Assembly: GCA_028715345.1 (NCBI GenBank)
Contig: JAQUSB010000008.1
Location: forward strand, 437-64,436
DNA from: Candidatus Omnitrophota bacterium
GTDB lineage: Bacteria > Omnitrophota > Gorgyraeia > 2-01-FULL-45-10
Direction of reading: 5' to 3'
DNA: 64,000 bases
A program made the translations under genes and the position numbers. Below the pieces are notes generated by a model, which worked only from the letters and a program-made list of their open reading frames with translations, was not told the DNA's origin and did no database searches. Position 1 is the first letter of the stretch; each line of letters starts with the position of its first letter. Shown one piece after another: positions 53,305 through 62,620 of this stretch.

Positions 53305-53856
53305 TTAGCCCGCGGCAGGGCAGGAGACGGAGATGAGCTGCGCTTCGCCGTTGCCGGCGTTCCGCAAAAAGTGTGGTACCGAAGAATCGAAATATATGGT
53401 ATCGCCGGCGCCCAGCCCGTATTTCTCCTCACCGACGTTCGCTTCGATCTTCCCTTCCAGGACATAAATGAATTTTTCTACCCCGTGAGAAGTCTCTTCA
53501 GTATGCGTGTGCCCGCCTTTGACTATTGTGATAAGGAGGGGCATCATCTTTTTATTTTTGACGCCCGAAGCGAGCATTATGGAGGAGGATTTTTTATCGT
53601 GTACCGAAACTTTGCCGCCTGCGCTCTTCTGCTCGACCTTCAGGGTTTTCTGGGAAGAGGGGAGTTCCTTATAAAGGTCCGTGAGCGCTATATTCAGCGC
53701 CTCGCATATATGCATATGCGATTTGAGCGTGCCGGTCATCTTGCCGTTTTCCATCCTGCTTAAAGTGGCCAGCGCGACGCCGGATCTTTGCGAGAGCTCG
53801 ACCAAAGTCATCCGTTTTTCTTTCCTGAATTTCTTTATTATCTGTCCTACGTGCAT
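53305..53856 (-). CDS. XRE-family HTH + cupin-domain transcriptional regulator
   Basis: N-terminal HTH_3 (GQIIKKFRKEKRMTLVELSQRSGVALATLSRMENGK) and C-terminal cupin (GGHTHTEETSHGVEKFIYVLEG...GDTIYF). The only convincing minus-strand gene in the window. Confidence 0.8.
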   Translation of the reverse strand: MHVGQIIKKFRKEKRMTLVELSQRSGVALATLSRMENGKMTGTLKSHMHICEALNIALTDLYKELPSSQKTLKVEQKSAGGKVSVHDKKSSSIMLASGVKNKKMMPLLITIVKGGHTHTEETSHGVEKFIYVLEGKIEANVGEEKYGLGAGDTIYFDSSVPHFLRNAGNGEAQLISVSCPAAG

Positions 53857-53890
53857 GGCGTTTTTCCTTTTGATATAAGTATACCGCTAT

Positions 53891-53905
53891 TTGACAATTT
53901 GTCAA
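53891..53905. promoter_or_regulatory. Perfect 15-bp palindrome TTGACAAtTTGTCAA in the divergent intergenic region (candidate operator overlapping -35-like hexamers)
   Basis: ttgacaatttgtcaa, between the XRE-cupin regulator (minus) and the PilZ gene (plus). Confidence 0.55.
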
Positions 53906-53978
53906 GTATTTTGCGTAAGCTCCCTTGCATTCCGATGAAGATATGATATACTTAAATTGCATACAGGTAGGGGATTTT

Positions 53979-54401
53979 ATGAGAGACGATCCTGTGCAAG
54001 AAAGGCGATGCCACGAAAGATTCCCCGTATATTGCCCTCTGGAATATAAGGGGGAGGACTTCCTGCCTAAAGAACCGTCCGTTACACTCAATGTTTCGGA
54101 AGGCGGCGCCCTGATATCCGCCAAGCGCGAACTTCCCGTAGATTCGAACATCATATTAAAATTCAAATTCCAGGATGAGCTTTTCTTCATAATAGGCAAG
54201 GTCAAACATATCCGGGCTGCCGACGGTGAAGAATCCTACGAGGTAGGCATCCAGTTCTGGGATAAGCCCAAGGCCTTCACGCGGAAATTCATCGAAGAGC
54301 TGGAAGGGATAAAAGAATACCGGCGAAGATGCAGCGTGGCCCGGGGATTCGAAGTCTCGCTCGCCGAAGCCTCTATGGAATGGTATAAGGACAACTTCTA
54401 A
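53979..54401 (+). CDS. PilZ-domain protein (c-di-GMP receptor candidate)
   Basis: RxxxR motif (QERRCHERF) and DxSxGG-like motif (NVSEGGALI). ATG at 53979 chosen for its RBS aggtagggg; TTG 53925 and ATG 53943 are in-frame alternatives. Confidence 0.7.
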   Translation: MRDDPVQERRCHERFPVYCPLEYKGEDFLPKEPSVTLNVSEGGALISAKRELPVDSNIILKFKFQDELFFIIGKVKHIRAADGEESYEVGIQFWDKPKAFTRKFIEELEGIKEYRRRCSVARGFEVSLAEASMEWYKDNF

Positions 54402-54454
54402 AAAACCATCTAAAAGCGCCCGCCAAAATTACTTTTATAAATAATAAAATTTAA

Positions 54455-54483
54455 TTGACAAAAAGTGAAATAAATGATATCCT
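54455..54483 (+). promoter_or_regulatory. Sigma70-like promoter (TTGACA-17-TATCCT)
   Basis: ttgaca at 54455-54460, 17-nt spacer, tatcct at 54478-54483, then RBS aaaggagg and ATG at 54513. Confidence 0.5.
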
Positions 54484-54512
54484 CGCTTTCTTACAAAAAG
54501 GAGGATATTTTT

Positions 54513-56084
54513 ATGTTCAGAAGGTTGGTATGCGCGGCAGGCCTATTGCTCATCTTTACCGCGGCCGTTTTTGCGCAGGAGATATATACAGGTAAAGACG
54601 GAAACATAAAGAACATCGAAACCAGGGCGATGGTGATAGAGGACGGCGGCGCGTATCTCGCGACGCGGACGGCATTATATAGGATAGGGGACATCATCCG
54701 GGGCGATAAATGGAGCGAGGTCTTTTCGCTTCCGCCGGGCGAGAATGAGATAAATGCCCTCGCGGGCAGGGGTAAGAACCTGTTCCTGGGGACAAAGCGC
54801 GGGCTTTTCCGGACCTGTGATGAGGGCAAGAGCTGGCGCAATGTATTCAGGACTATAATACCGGAAAAGAATAACGTGCTTTCGATAGAAATATCGAGAT
54901 ACGACCCCAAGAGGGTCATCATATGCACGGCGCGGGGTATCTTTTTAAGCGAAGATCTCGGTGGCCGGTGGGATGATATAAGCGCGAACGTCAGGAATAA
55001 ACGCATCACATCCGCAGCTCTGAATAAGGACGTAATTTACGCGGCGGGAGAGGGCGGGCTGTATTCCAAAAAGCCCGGCGAGCTTGTCTGGGAGAGGATC
55101 TACGTTAATAGCGCCGTCGAAGAAGGGGGCGCGGGAGATGAGACTCCGGATACGGATGGAGCCGGGGAGACTGAGCCCGGACAGGTAAGCTGTGTCAGCG
55201 TTAAAAATGCCAGGGTATACCTCGGTATTAATAAAAGGATAGTGTATTCCGATGATCACGGCGCGGAGTGGAAGTCATTACCCTCATCGGGCCTTGCGGG
55301 AAAGATAAATTATATTTTGCCTTCGAGGACGTCGGAAAAGATGTATTGCGCGACGACAAAAGGCGTGTATGAATTTGATGATAAGGCAGGGGGATGGAAG
55401 GAGCTGTATAAAGGGCTGGATAGAGCGCTTAGCGTGACGGGCCTTATATTTCACAGCGAAAGGGAAAAGTATTTGTGGGCCGTTACCGAGAACGGATTGT
55501 ACAAAATAGAGGCAGGCAGGTATTCGGGCGACGGGTACATAGACGTCGAAAGGAACCTGAAGGCCCTGAAGATAATGTTCGAAGGCGAACCGGCATTGCG
55601 CGAGCTCCAGAAGGCCGCGATAAAATTCTGCGACGTGAGCCCGGATAAGATAAGTAACTGGCATAGGGACTCCAGGCTGAAAGCGCTCGTGCCGAAAGTT
55701 TCGGTCGGCATGGGGAATGACCGCTCATCCAATACCGAGATATACACAAGCGCCACAAGGGATTACGCGGTGCAGGGGCCCGAAGATTATTCCAATAATC
55801 TCGACTTCTCGGTCTCCTGGGACCTGGGCAACCTCATCTGGACGAACGATCAGACCTCGATAGACGTCCGCTCCCGCCTCAATACACAGCTGCGTAACGA
55901 CATACTCGATGATTTAAGGCGCGTATATTACGAGCGAAAACGCCTCCAATTCGACCTGATCACGGCGCCTCCCAAGGATATGCGCTCGAGATTCGAGCGG
56001 GAATTGCGCATACAGGAACTGACCCAGGCCTTAGATGACCTGACCGGCAATTATATGTCGGACAATGTGAAGCACGGAGAATGA
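54513..56084 (+). CDS. Secreted BNR/Asp-box repeat protein (Ycf48-like / sialidase-like beta-propeller)
   Basis: Signal peptide MFRRLVCAAGLLLIFTAAVFA; several SxDxGxxW Asp-boxes (DEGKSWRN, SEDLGGRWDD, SDDHGAEWKS, DDKAGGWKE). Confidence 0.7.
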   Translation: MFRRLVCAAGLLLIFTAAVFAQEIYTGKDGNIKNIETRAMVIEDGGAYLATRTALYRIGDIIRGDKWSEVFSLPPGENEINALAGRGKNLFLGTKRGLFRTCDEGKSWRNVFRTIIPEKNNVLSIEISRYDPKRVIICTARGIFLSEDLGGRWDDISANVRNKRITSAALNKDVIYAAGEGGLYSKKPGELVWERIYVNSAVEEGGAGDETPDTDGAGETEPGQVSCVSVKNARVYLGINKRIVYSDDHGAEWKSLPSSGLAGKINYILPSRTSEKMYCATTKGVYEFDDKAGGWKELYKGLDRALSVTGLIFHSEREKYLWAVTENGLYKIEAGRYSGDGYIDVERNLKALKIMFEGEPALRELQKAAIKFCDVSPDKISNWHRDSRLKALVPKVSVGMGNDRSSNTEIYTSATRDYAVQGPEDYSNNLDFSVSWDLGNLIWTNDQTSIDVRSRLNTQLRNDILDDLRRVYYERKRLQFDLITAPPKDMRSRFERELRIQELTQALDDLTGNYMSDNVKHGE

Positions 56085-56157
56085 ATCGGAGTTTTATTTT
56101 GCTTTCTTGGTAGACATTTAGTATAATCCAGTCATTATATTAAGCGAGGAGTAGTTA

Positions 56158-58350
56158 ATGAAGTTTCGGATAACAACTGTAAGTCTTATCCTTATCGTAG
56201 GCTGTGTTAGCTCAATTGCCTTTGCCGCGGATTCTAACGAGTCATATGGCAAAAGCGCCTCCAGCGCCTGGGCACAACCAAGGGAATTGGTAAGATGTGC
56301 TACAAGCGGTAAATTCGCGGATCCTCACATATACCAGGCAGTCAAAGAGCCTAGCGTTGCCGTAGACTCAAAAGGCAACTGGCATATGGCTTATCTTGAA
56401 TACGCGAAGGCCGAGGATCGCTTCGGCTGGAATAGCACCACATATTATGTAAAATATTGGAACAGCACAATGGCCAGCCCTATTATTGTAAATACTGTTG
56501 CTGCTCCATCACAAGGATTCTCCATTGATTCTGCTTCAATAGCAATGGACCCCCAGGATAATATCAGCATTGTGTATGGCCAGACGAATCCCAACTCTGC
56601 CATTAGTGACGGATATGATGTGGTGTATTCAATAATGTATACAAGTAACGCCTCCGGCGCCTGGGCACAACCAAGGGAATTGGTAAGATGTGCTACAAGC
56701 GGTAAATTCGCGGATCCTCACATATACCAGGCAGTCAAAGAGCCTAGCGTTGCCGTAGACTCAAAAGGCAACTGGCATATGGCTTATCTTGAATACGCGA
56801 AGGCCGAGGATCGCTTCGGCTGGAATAGCACCACATATTATGTAAAATATTGGAACAGCACAATGGCCAGCCCTATTATTGTAAATACTGTTGCTGCTCC
56901 ATCACAAGGATTCTCCATTGATTCTGCTTCAATAGCAATGGACCCCCAGGATAATATCAGCATTGTGTATGGCCAGACGAATCCCAACTCTGCCATTAGT
57001 GACGGATATGATGTGGTGTATTCAATAATGTATACACAATCAGCCGGACAATCCTCTCTTGAACTTCTGGACGGAGTTGACTTTAGGGCAGGGGCAGAAG
57101 TTTGGGATGACCCCGAGAGGCTTGTCGCTACTAAAGGGACTGCGATGGAAGGAGTAGCGACCGACGGAGTGGCGAGATTGCTTTTAAGGCTGCCTGTTAA
57201 TGACGCGGGTAACGTGACATTTTCTATCGAGGGAGGGACGGGTGATCCTGACGAAGACGGTATCCTGCGTTCTGCGGATAGATATGATGAGGGTGATTCC
57301 ATAACTGTAAGTACTGACATGGTTAGCGGTAAAAACTATGCCTTAGCGATATACCAGGCCCCCGATAGTTTTGTGCGTTCAGGACATAGCGAGGACAAGC
57401 AGGCGACAGAACGTAAACTTACTATAAAAGCCACGCCTACTATCGGTTCGTCGGTTCAAAGAGAGATAAAATTGGTCCGGCCGCCGCTGATCCTTGTGCA
57501 CGGCCTTTGGTCCAACCCTGCGATGTGGTGGAAGGGTGATTTCAGGGTGAAATTAAACGCCGCAGTACCCGGTCTTCGTATATTTACGGTTGATTATAGC
57601 AAGAAAAACGCTAATAAGTTTTCCGATAATAAAGATGTCCCTTACTATTGTGAAGGATATAGCATACTAAGAGTCAAGAGCATTTTTAAAACCAATAAAA
57701 TTTCCATGATCCAGGCAGATGTCTTAGGGCATAGTATGGGCGGTCTGTTGGCGCGCATTTGGGCAGGAGCCGGAGAGGACAAATATTTTCGAGATGATAA
57801 TTTTAGGAAGGGCGATATACACAAGCTGATCACTCTTAACACCCCTCACTATGGCTCTTTTCTAGCGGATCTTGGGATGGGGTGTATGAATCATTCTTAT
57901 ACCGGCCGGAAATTGGATTTTAAAATAGGACTGTTCTTGGTAGCGGAAATGAGTGGATGCTCTTTTACGCGCGGAGCGGTGCTTGATTTAATGTCAACAA
58001 GCATCCCTATAAAAAATATGAATAAGACGCGGACTGGCGTGGCAAGCCATGCTATAGCAGGAGATTACGCGGTATCGGATCTTAGCGCTATACCGGCTTC
58101 TTATGCGGGAATTCATAAGTCGTTAAAGTTCTTAGGTTTTGATCCGAGCCCTTATGTAATAACAGGCCGATCCGACCTGGTCGTATCTTTAGGTAGTCAG
58201 GCCGGCGGTTTCGGCTCTTATACCCTGGATATCTTTAAGCATCATCACACGGATGCCGCTACGGATAGTGTAGTAGCTAATATGGTTGAGCTCTTAAACG
58301 CACCATCAAATAATAGGTTGTTTAGCGAAGGGTTTCCATTAAAAGAATAA
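56158..58350 (+). CDS. Secreted alpha/beta-hydrolase (lipase/esterase, GHSMGG) with duplicated N-terminal domain
   Basis: Signal peptide, two near-identical 131-aa N-terminal modules, C-terminal hydrolase core (PPLILVHGLWSN...VLGHSMGGLLA...). Confidence 0.7.
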   Translation: MKFRITTVSLILIVGCVSSIAFAADSNESYGKSASSAWAQPRELVRCATSGKFADPHIYQAVKEPSVAVDSKGNWHMAYLEYAKAEDRFGWNSTTYYVKYWNSTMASPIIVNTVAAPSQGFSIDSASIAMDPQDNISIVYGQTNPNSAISDGYDVVYSIMYTSNASGAWAQPRELVRCATSGKFADPHIYQAVKEPSVAVDSKGNWHMAYLEYAKAEDRFGWNSTTYYVKYWNSTMASPIIVNTVAAPSQGFSIDSASIAMDPQDNISIVYGQTNPNSAISDGYDVVYSIMYTQSAGQSSLELLDGVDFRAGAEVWDDPERLVATKGTAMEGVATDGVARLLLRLPVNDAGNVTFSIEGGTGDPDEDGILRSADRYDEGDSITVSTDMVSGKNYALAIYQAPDSFVRSGHSEDKQATERKLTIKATPTIGSSVQREIKLVRPPLILVHGLWSNPAMWWKGDFRVKLNAAVPGLRIFTVDYSKKNANKFSDNKDVPYYCEGYSILRVKSIFKTNKISMIQADVLGHSMGGLLARIWAGAGEDKYFRDDNFRKGDIHKLITLNTPHYGSFLADLGMGCMNHSYTGRKLDFKIGLFLVAEMSGCSFTRGAVLDLMSTSIPIKNMNKTRTGVASHAIAGDYAVSDLSAIPASYAGIHKSLKFLGFDPSPYVITGRSDLVVSLGSQAGGFGSYTLDIFKHHHTDAATDSVVANMVELLNAPSNNRLFSEGFPLKE
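56255..57040. repeat. Near-perfect 393-bp tandem duplication (2 units) inside the lipase gene
   Basis: 56255-56647 and 56648-57040 differ at about 1 position (ccagcgcc vs ccggcgcc). In frame, encoding two copies of a 131-aa module. Confidence 0.85.
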
Positions 58351-58377
58351 TCGCGGCAGAGTTCATAAAGAAAGGCA

Positions 58378-59826
58378 ATGCGGATGAAGTTAAATAGAAA
58401 TACTGCAAAACAGACCCTTGGTATGCGCATATTCCTTACTTTCTTTTTTTTGACTGTCTTTATCGGAGTCTCTAACGCTGCCTCCGGTATAAAGATTACA
58501 AAACCTGCTAACGGGTCTACGGTGAATCCGGGCCAGGCGATAGTTGTGAGAGTAGAGTCGGTAGGCGGCTTTAAGGTAACGGACGGAGATGTGACGGTCC
58601 CTAAAAATTTTTATCAAAACTTTTCAAGGTTACCTATGGATTTTAATGTAACAATAGATAAAGAAGCTGTAGGGGCGGTATTTGTTTACGCTAAAGCGCT
58701 TGGTACGCCAGGCGGTTTTTCCTTAGATAATATAACTCTTGATGTCCGGCAAACCGCAACTCTTCAATCTCTTGAAATTAATGAGGATGAGATATGGGTT
58801 GATACTGATTGGGATGGCAATATAAGCGCAAAAGGAAAGCGCTCCGGTTCGTTGGTATCGATTTACGGCAATTATTCCGACGGTATAACAAGGGATATAA
58901 CCTATGATCCTGCAACGACTTATACATCGAGCGATCCGTCTATAATCTCTATCAATAGTAAGGGTGATTATAATGTTTATAAGGCCGGGCAGGCTGCTAT
59001 TACTGTATCAAACTCAGGCGTTAGCAAGATTATACCTTTAACTTTTCACAAGCCGGAGGGGATGAAGCCTTCTCAGACGGTTCCTCCCACTACTGAGGTG
59101 ACCATAAGGCCTTCTCCTGGCTCCGCCGGTTGGTATAATAAAGATGTAACCATCACTATTACAGCAAAAGCTAACGATCCGGATGTGGTACAGGAAATAT
59201 ACTACGAATTCCCGTATCTTACCGAAGGATCGCAAAGCGTTAGCGGGGACCGGGCAATTATTCCATTTTCTCAAGAGGGGATCAATCTGTTCCGTTATGT
59301 GGCCTATGACAATGAGCGAAATAGTTCCGGCCAGCAATCTCTGACGATCCAACTCGACAAAACTCCGCCATCAATCTCGCTTAGCCTGGAGCCCTATAAG
59401 CTCAGATCGCCCTTCAGGGTCGGTAATTATAGTTTCTTAAGGCCATCTTTTTATAGATTTAATTATTCAGCCACCGATAAAGTGTCAGGCATAAAGGACA
59501 TTAAGGCCGGCCTGTCTATCCCCGATGTGACAAAATTCAGGGTAACGCTTATTAAGGGAAGAGGCACATATATAGTCTTTAACGAAATAACAAAATACCT
59601 TATCATTACAGCGCCAAATCCTCAGGATATACTGTCGCAGATGAAGGCTTACAAGATAGTCCCGGTTGATAATAATCGGTTAATGTACCTGAATAAAATT
59701 CCGCGTTTAAAGACCTGGATAATAACGAAGGTGGGTAACTACCTTGTTATAAAGGCTCCCGTGGTAGTTTTTAAGGCTCAGGCCGCCGATAAGGCCGATA
59801 ATATTGCGACAAAAGAAATCCCTTGA
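58378..59826 (+). CDS. Secreted protein with Ig-like (Big-type) beta-sandwich repeats
   Basis: Signal peptide plus TM-like segment, followed by a beta-rich repetitive composition; no catalytic motif recognised. Confidence 0.45.
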   Translation: MRMKLNRNTAKQTLGMRIFLTFFFLTVFIGVSNAASGIKITKPANGSTVNPGQAIVVRVESVGGFKVTDGDVTVPKNFYQNFSRLPMDFNVTIDKEAVGAVFVYAKALGTPGGFSLDNITLDVRQTATLQSLEINEDEIWVDTDWDGNISAKGKRSGSLVSIYGNYSDGITRDITYDPATTYTSSDPSIISINSKGDYNVYKAGQAAITVSNSGVSKIIPLTFHKPEGMKPSQTVPPTTEVTIRPSPGSAGWYNKDVTITITAKANDPDVVQEIYYEFPYLTEGSQSVSGDRAIIPFSQEGINLFRYVAYDNERNSSGQQSLTIQLDKTPPSISLSLEPYKLRSPFRVGNYSFLRPSFYRFNYSATDKVSGIKDIKAGLSIPDVTKFRVTLIKGRGTYIVFNEITKYLIITAPNPQDILSQMKAYKIVPVDNNRLMYLNKIPRLKTWIITKVGNYLVIKAPVVVFKAQAADKADNIATKEIP

Positions 59827-59958
59827 CAAAATCTCATATATCCGTATACTTGAATATGTTGATAGTTTAATTCCTTTCTAAACGTATACTAAATCCCAAA
59901 AATATTGAGATGTCAAATATATCCTACTGCGTTCTGACCTAATAAGGCTTGCCTTTTA

Positions 59959-62610
59959 ATGTCCAAAAAGAGATTGTTTCTTATTGACGGCAACTCGTTC
60001 TGTTACAGGGCGTTCTATGCCATAAGGGCCCTGACAAATTCGAAAGGCCGCCCCACGAACGCCATATACGGCTTCGTTACGATGCTCAATAAGATCGTAA
60101 AAGAGAATAAGCCGGACATGCTCGCTGTCGCGTTCGACCTGAAAGGGCCGACGTTCAGGCATAAAAAGTACGAAGATTACAAGATACAGCGTAAACCGAT
60201 GCCGGACGACCTGGTCGGCCAGATCCCTTATATAAAGAAGATAGTGGCCGCTTACAATATCCCGATATTCGAGGTGGAAGGTTACGAAGCGGACGACGTT
60301 CTCGCTACGCTTGCCAAAGAAGCCGAATCTAAGGATATCGAGACATTCATAGTGACAGGCGACAAGGATGCCCTCCAGATAGTCGATTCTCATATCAAAG
60401 TTTATTCGACCCACAAGGAAGGCCTCATATACGACGCCGCCAAAGTCAAAGAAGAATACGGCGTCGAGCCTGCCAGGATGGTCGATATCATGGGGCTTAT
60501 GGGCGACGCCATAGACAATATCCCGGGCGTCAAAGGCATAGGCGAGAAGACGGCGGTGGAGCTTATCAAAGAATTCGGTTCGATCGACGGGGTCTATAAG
60601 AATATAGAAAAGGTGAAAGGTGCGAAGAACAGGATACTTACGGAAAATAAAGATATGGCTTACTTAAGCCGCGAACTGGCAGTCTTAGACGAGAAAGTCC
60701 CGCTGAAGATAGATTTTAAGGAACTGGAAATAAAAGAGCCCGACCAGGAAAAGCTCCTGGAATTTTTCAAAGAGCTCGAATTCAAATCGCTGCTTAAAGA
60801 TGTCACTCCCAAGGGAACGCTCAAATCCACTTACGAGCTGATCGAGGACGAGAAGAGGTTTGCTGCGATAGTTAAAGAATTGACAAGCCTTAAAGAGTTC
60901 GCGTTCGATTTCGAGACTACGAACGAAGACCCGATGCTCGCGGAACTTGTAGGCGTGTCGTTCTCCTGGAAGATCGGGCACGCGCATTACGTGCCGATGA
61001 ATAAATATTTCACGGTCGACGCCGTTTTGAAAGCTCTTAAGCCGATATTCGAGAACGAAAAGATAAAGAAGATAGGCCAGAACATTAAATATGAATATAT
61101 CGTCCTGGCAAATTACGGCATAGATCTTAAAGGTATAAGTTTCGACACGATGGTCGCTTCGTATGTCCTCAACCCGTCGAAATTGAACCATAACCTCGAG
61201 GACATCTGCCTCGAATATTTGAGCCATAAGATGACGACGCCGATCCAGGAGCTCCTGGGGAAGGGCAAGGCCGCCATCACGATGGACAAGGTCGATGTCA
61301 AAAAAGTATCCGATTACTGCTGTGAAGATTCGGATGTCACCTTCAGGTTAAAGCATATCCTGGAAAAAGATATAGCGGATAAAGGGCTCGATAAATTATT
61401 CAACGACGTCGAAATACCGCTTATCAGGGTCCTGGCCGCGATGGAAATAAACGGCGTAGCGATCGATAAGGATTACCTGGTAAAGCTTTCCAAGGAGTTG
61501 GAACACAAGCTCGATAAATTGACCAAAGAGATATATGAACTCGCGGGCGAGGAGTTCAATATCAATTCGCCTAAGCAGCTGTCTAAAATTTTATTCGAAA
61601 AGCTGAAACTGCCTATAGTGAAGAAGACGAAGACCGGCATATCGACGAACGAAGACGTCCTTATAAAACTGGCCGCCGAACACAAATTGCCGAAGATGCT
61701 TTTGGAATACAGGGAGCTTTCGAAGCTCAAATCGACATACATAGATTCATTGCCGGAACTGATAAACCCGAAGACGGGCCGAGTCCACACATCCTTTAAC
61801 CAGACGGTGACCGCGACGGGAAGGCTCTCGTCGAGCGGGCCCAATTTGCAGAATATACCCATAAGGACGGACGAGGGCAAGAAGATACGGAAGGCGTTCA
61901 TACCGTCGTCTAAAGACAACGTGCTCCTCTCCGCGGACTATTCGCAGATCGAGCTCAGGATACTGGCGCATATGTCGGGCGACAAGCAGCTTGCCAAGGC
62001 ATTCAAGGAAGGGCTCGACATACATACTTTTACGGCAAGCCTCGTATTCGGCATAAAAGAGAAAGACGTCACGCCCGATATGAGGGCGATGGCCAAGACG
62101 GTGAATTTCGGGATAGTTTACGGGATGAGCCCGTACGGCCTTTCGCAGTCGCTCGATATCGGCGTAGACAAGGCCAAAGAATTCATCGACGCTTATTTCG
62201 AAAGATACCCGGACGTGAAGACGTATCTCGAGAGCCTTATCAAAGAAGCGCGGGACAACGGTTTTGTCGCCACTATACTCGGGCGCAGGCGCTATATACC
62301 GGAGATAAGTAATCCTGACATGCGCGTAAGGCAATTCGCCGAGCGCACAGCGATAAACGCGCCGATCCAGGGTTCGGCCGCCGACGTAATAAAAGTGGCG
62401 ATGATAGCGATCGACGAGAAGCTTGCGAAAAACAAGATGGGAACGAAGATGACTTTACAGGTGCACGACGAACTTGTATTCGATGTCCCGAAGCACGAAC
62501 TCGAAAAAGCCAGAAAGATAGTAAAAGAAGGAATGGAAGATATCATTAAATTAAAAGTACCGGTTGAAGCGCACATAGAAGTCGGTAAAAATTGGCTGGA
62601 GATGGATTAA
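59959..62610 (+). CDS. polA: DNA polymerase I
   Basis: 5'-3' exonuclease N-terminus (LIDGNSFCYRAFYA), 3'-5' exonuclease domain, polymerase motifs A (DYSQIELR), B (RRxAKxxNFGxxYG), C (HDE); 883 aa. Confidence 0.9.
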   Translation: MSKKRLFLIDGNSFCYRAFYAIRALTNSKGRPTNAIYGFVTMLNKIVKENKPDMLAVAFDLKGPTFRHKKYEDYKIQRKPMPDDLVGQIPYIKKIVAAYNIPIFEVEGYEADDVLATLAKEAESKDIETFIVTGDKDALQIVDSHIKVYSTHKEGLIYDAAKVKEEYGVEPARMVDIMGLMGDAIDNIPGVKGIGEKTAVELIKEFGSIDGVYKNIEKVKGAKNRILTENKDMAYLSRELAVLDEKVPLKIDFKELEIKEPDQEKLLEFFKELEFKSLLKDVTPKGTLKSTYELIEDEKRFAAIVKELTSLKEFAFDFETTNEDPMLAELVGVSFSWKIGHAHYVPMNKYFTVDAVLKALKPIFENEKIKKIGQNIKYEYIVLANYGIDLKGISFDTMVASYVLNPSKLNHNLEDICLEYLSHKMTTPIQELLGKGKAAITMDKVDVKKVSDYCCEDSDVTFRLKHILEKDIADKGLDKLFNDVEIPLIRVLAAMEINGVAIDKDYLVKLSKELEHKLDKLTKEIYELAGEEFNINSPKQLSKILFEKLKLPIVKKTKTGISTNEDVLIKLAAEHKLPKMLLEYRELSKLKSTYIDSLPELINPKTGRVHTSFNQTVTATGRLSSSGPNLQNIPIRTDEGKKIRKAFIPSSKDNVLLSADYSQIELRILAHMSGDKQLAKAFKEGLDIHTFTASLVFGIKEKDVTPDMRAMAKTVNFGIVYGMSPYGLSQSLDIGVDKAKEFIDAYFERYPDVKTYLESLIKEARDNGFVATILGRRRYIPEISNPDMRVRQFAERTAINAPIQGSAADVIKVAMIAIDEKLAKNKMGTKMTLQVHDELVFDVPKHELEKARKIVKEGMEDIIKLKVPVEAHIEVGKNWLEMD

Positions 62611-62620
62611 CGGAGGCGGA

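Noticed and set aside
53295-53313. Hairpin gcgggc-ggattta-gcccgc between the convergent radical-SAM and XRE-cupin genes as a bidirectional terminator
   Set aside because: There is no flanking T- or A-tract on either side, and the loop contains the stop codon of the minus-strand gene. It is plausible but too weak to annotate.
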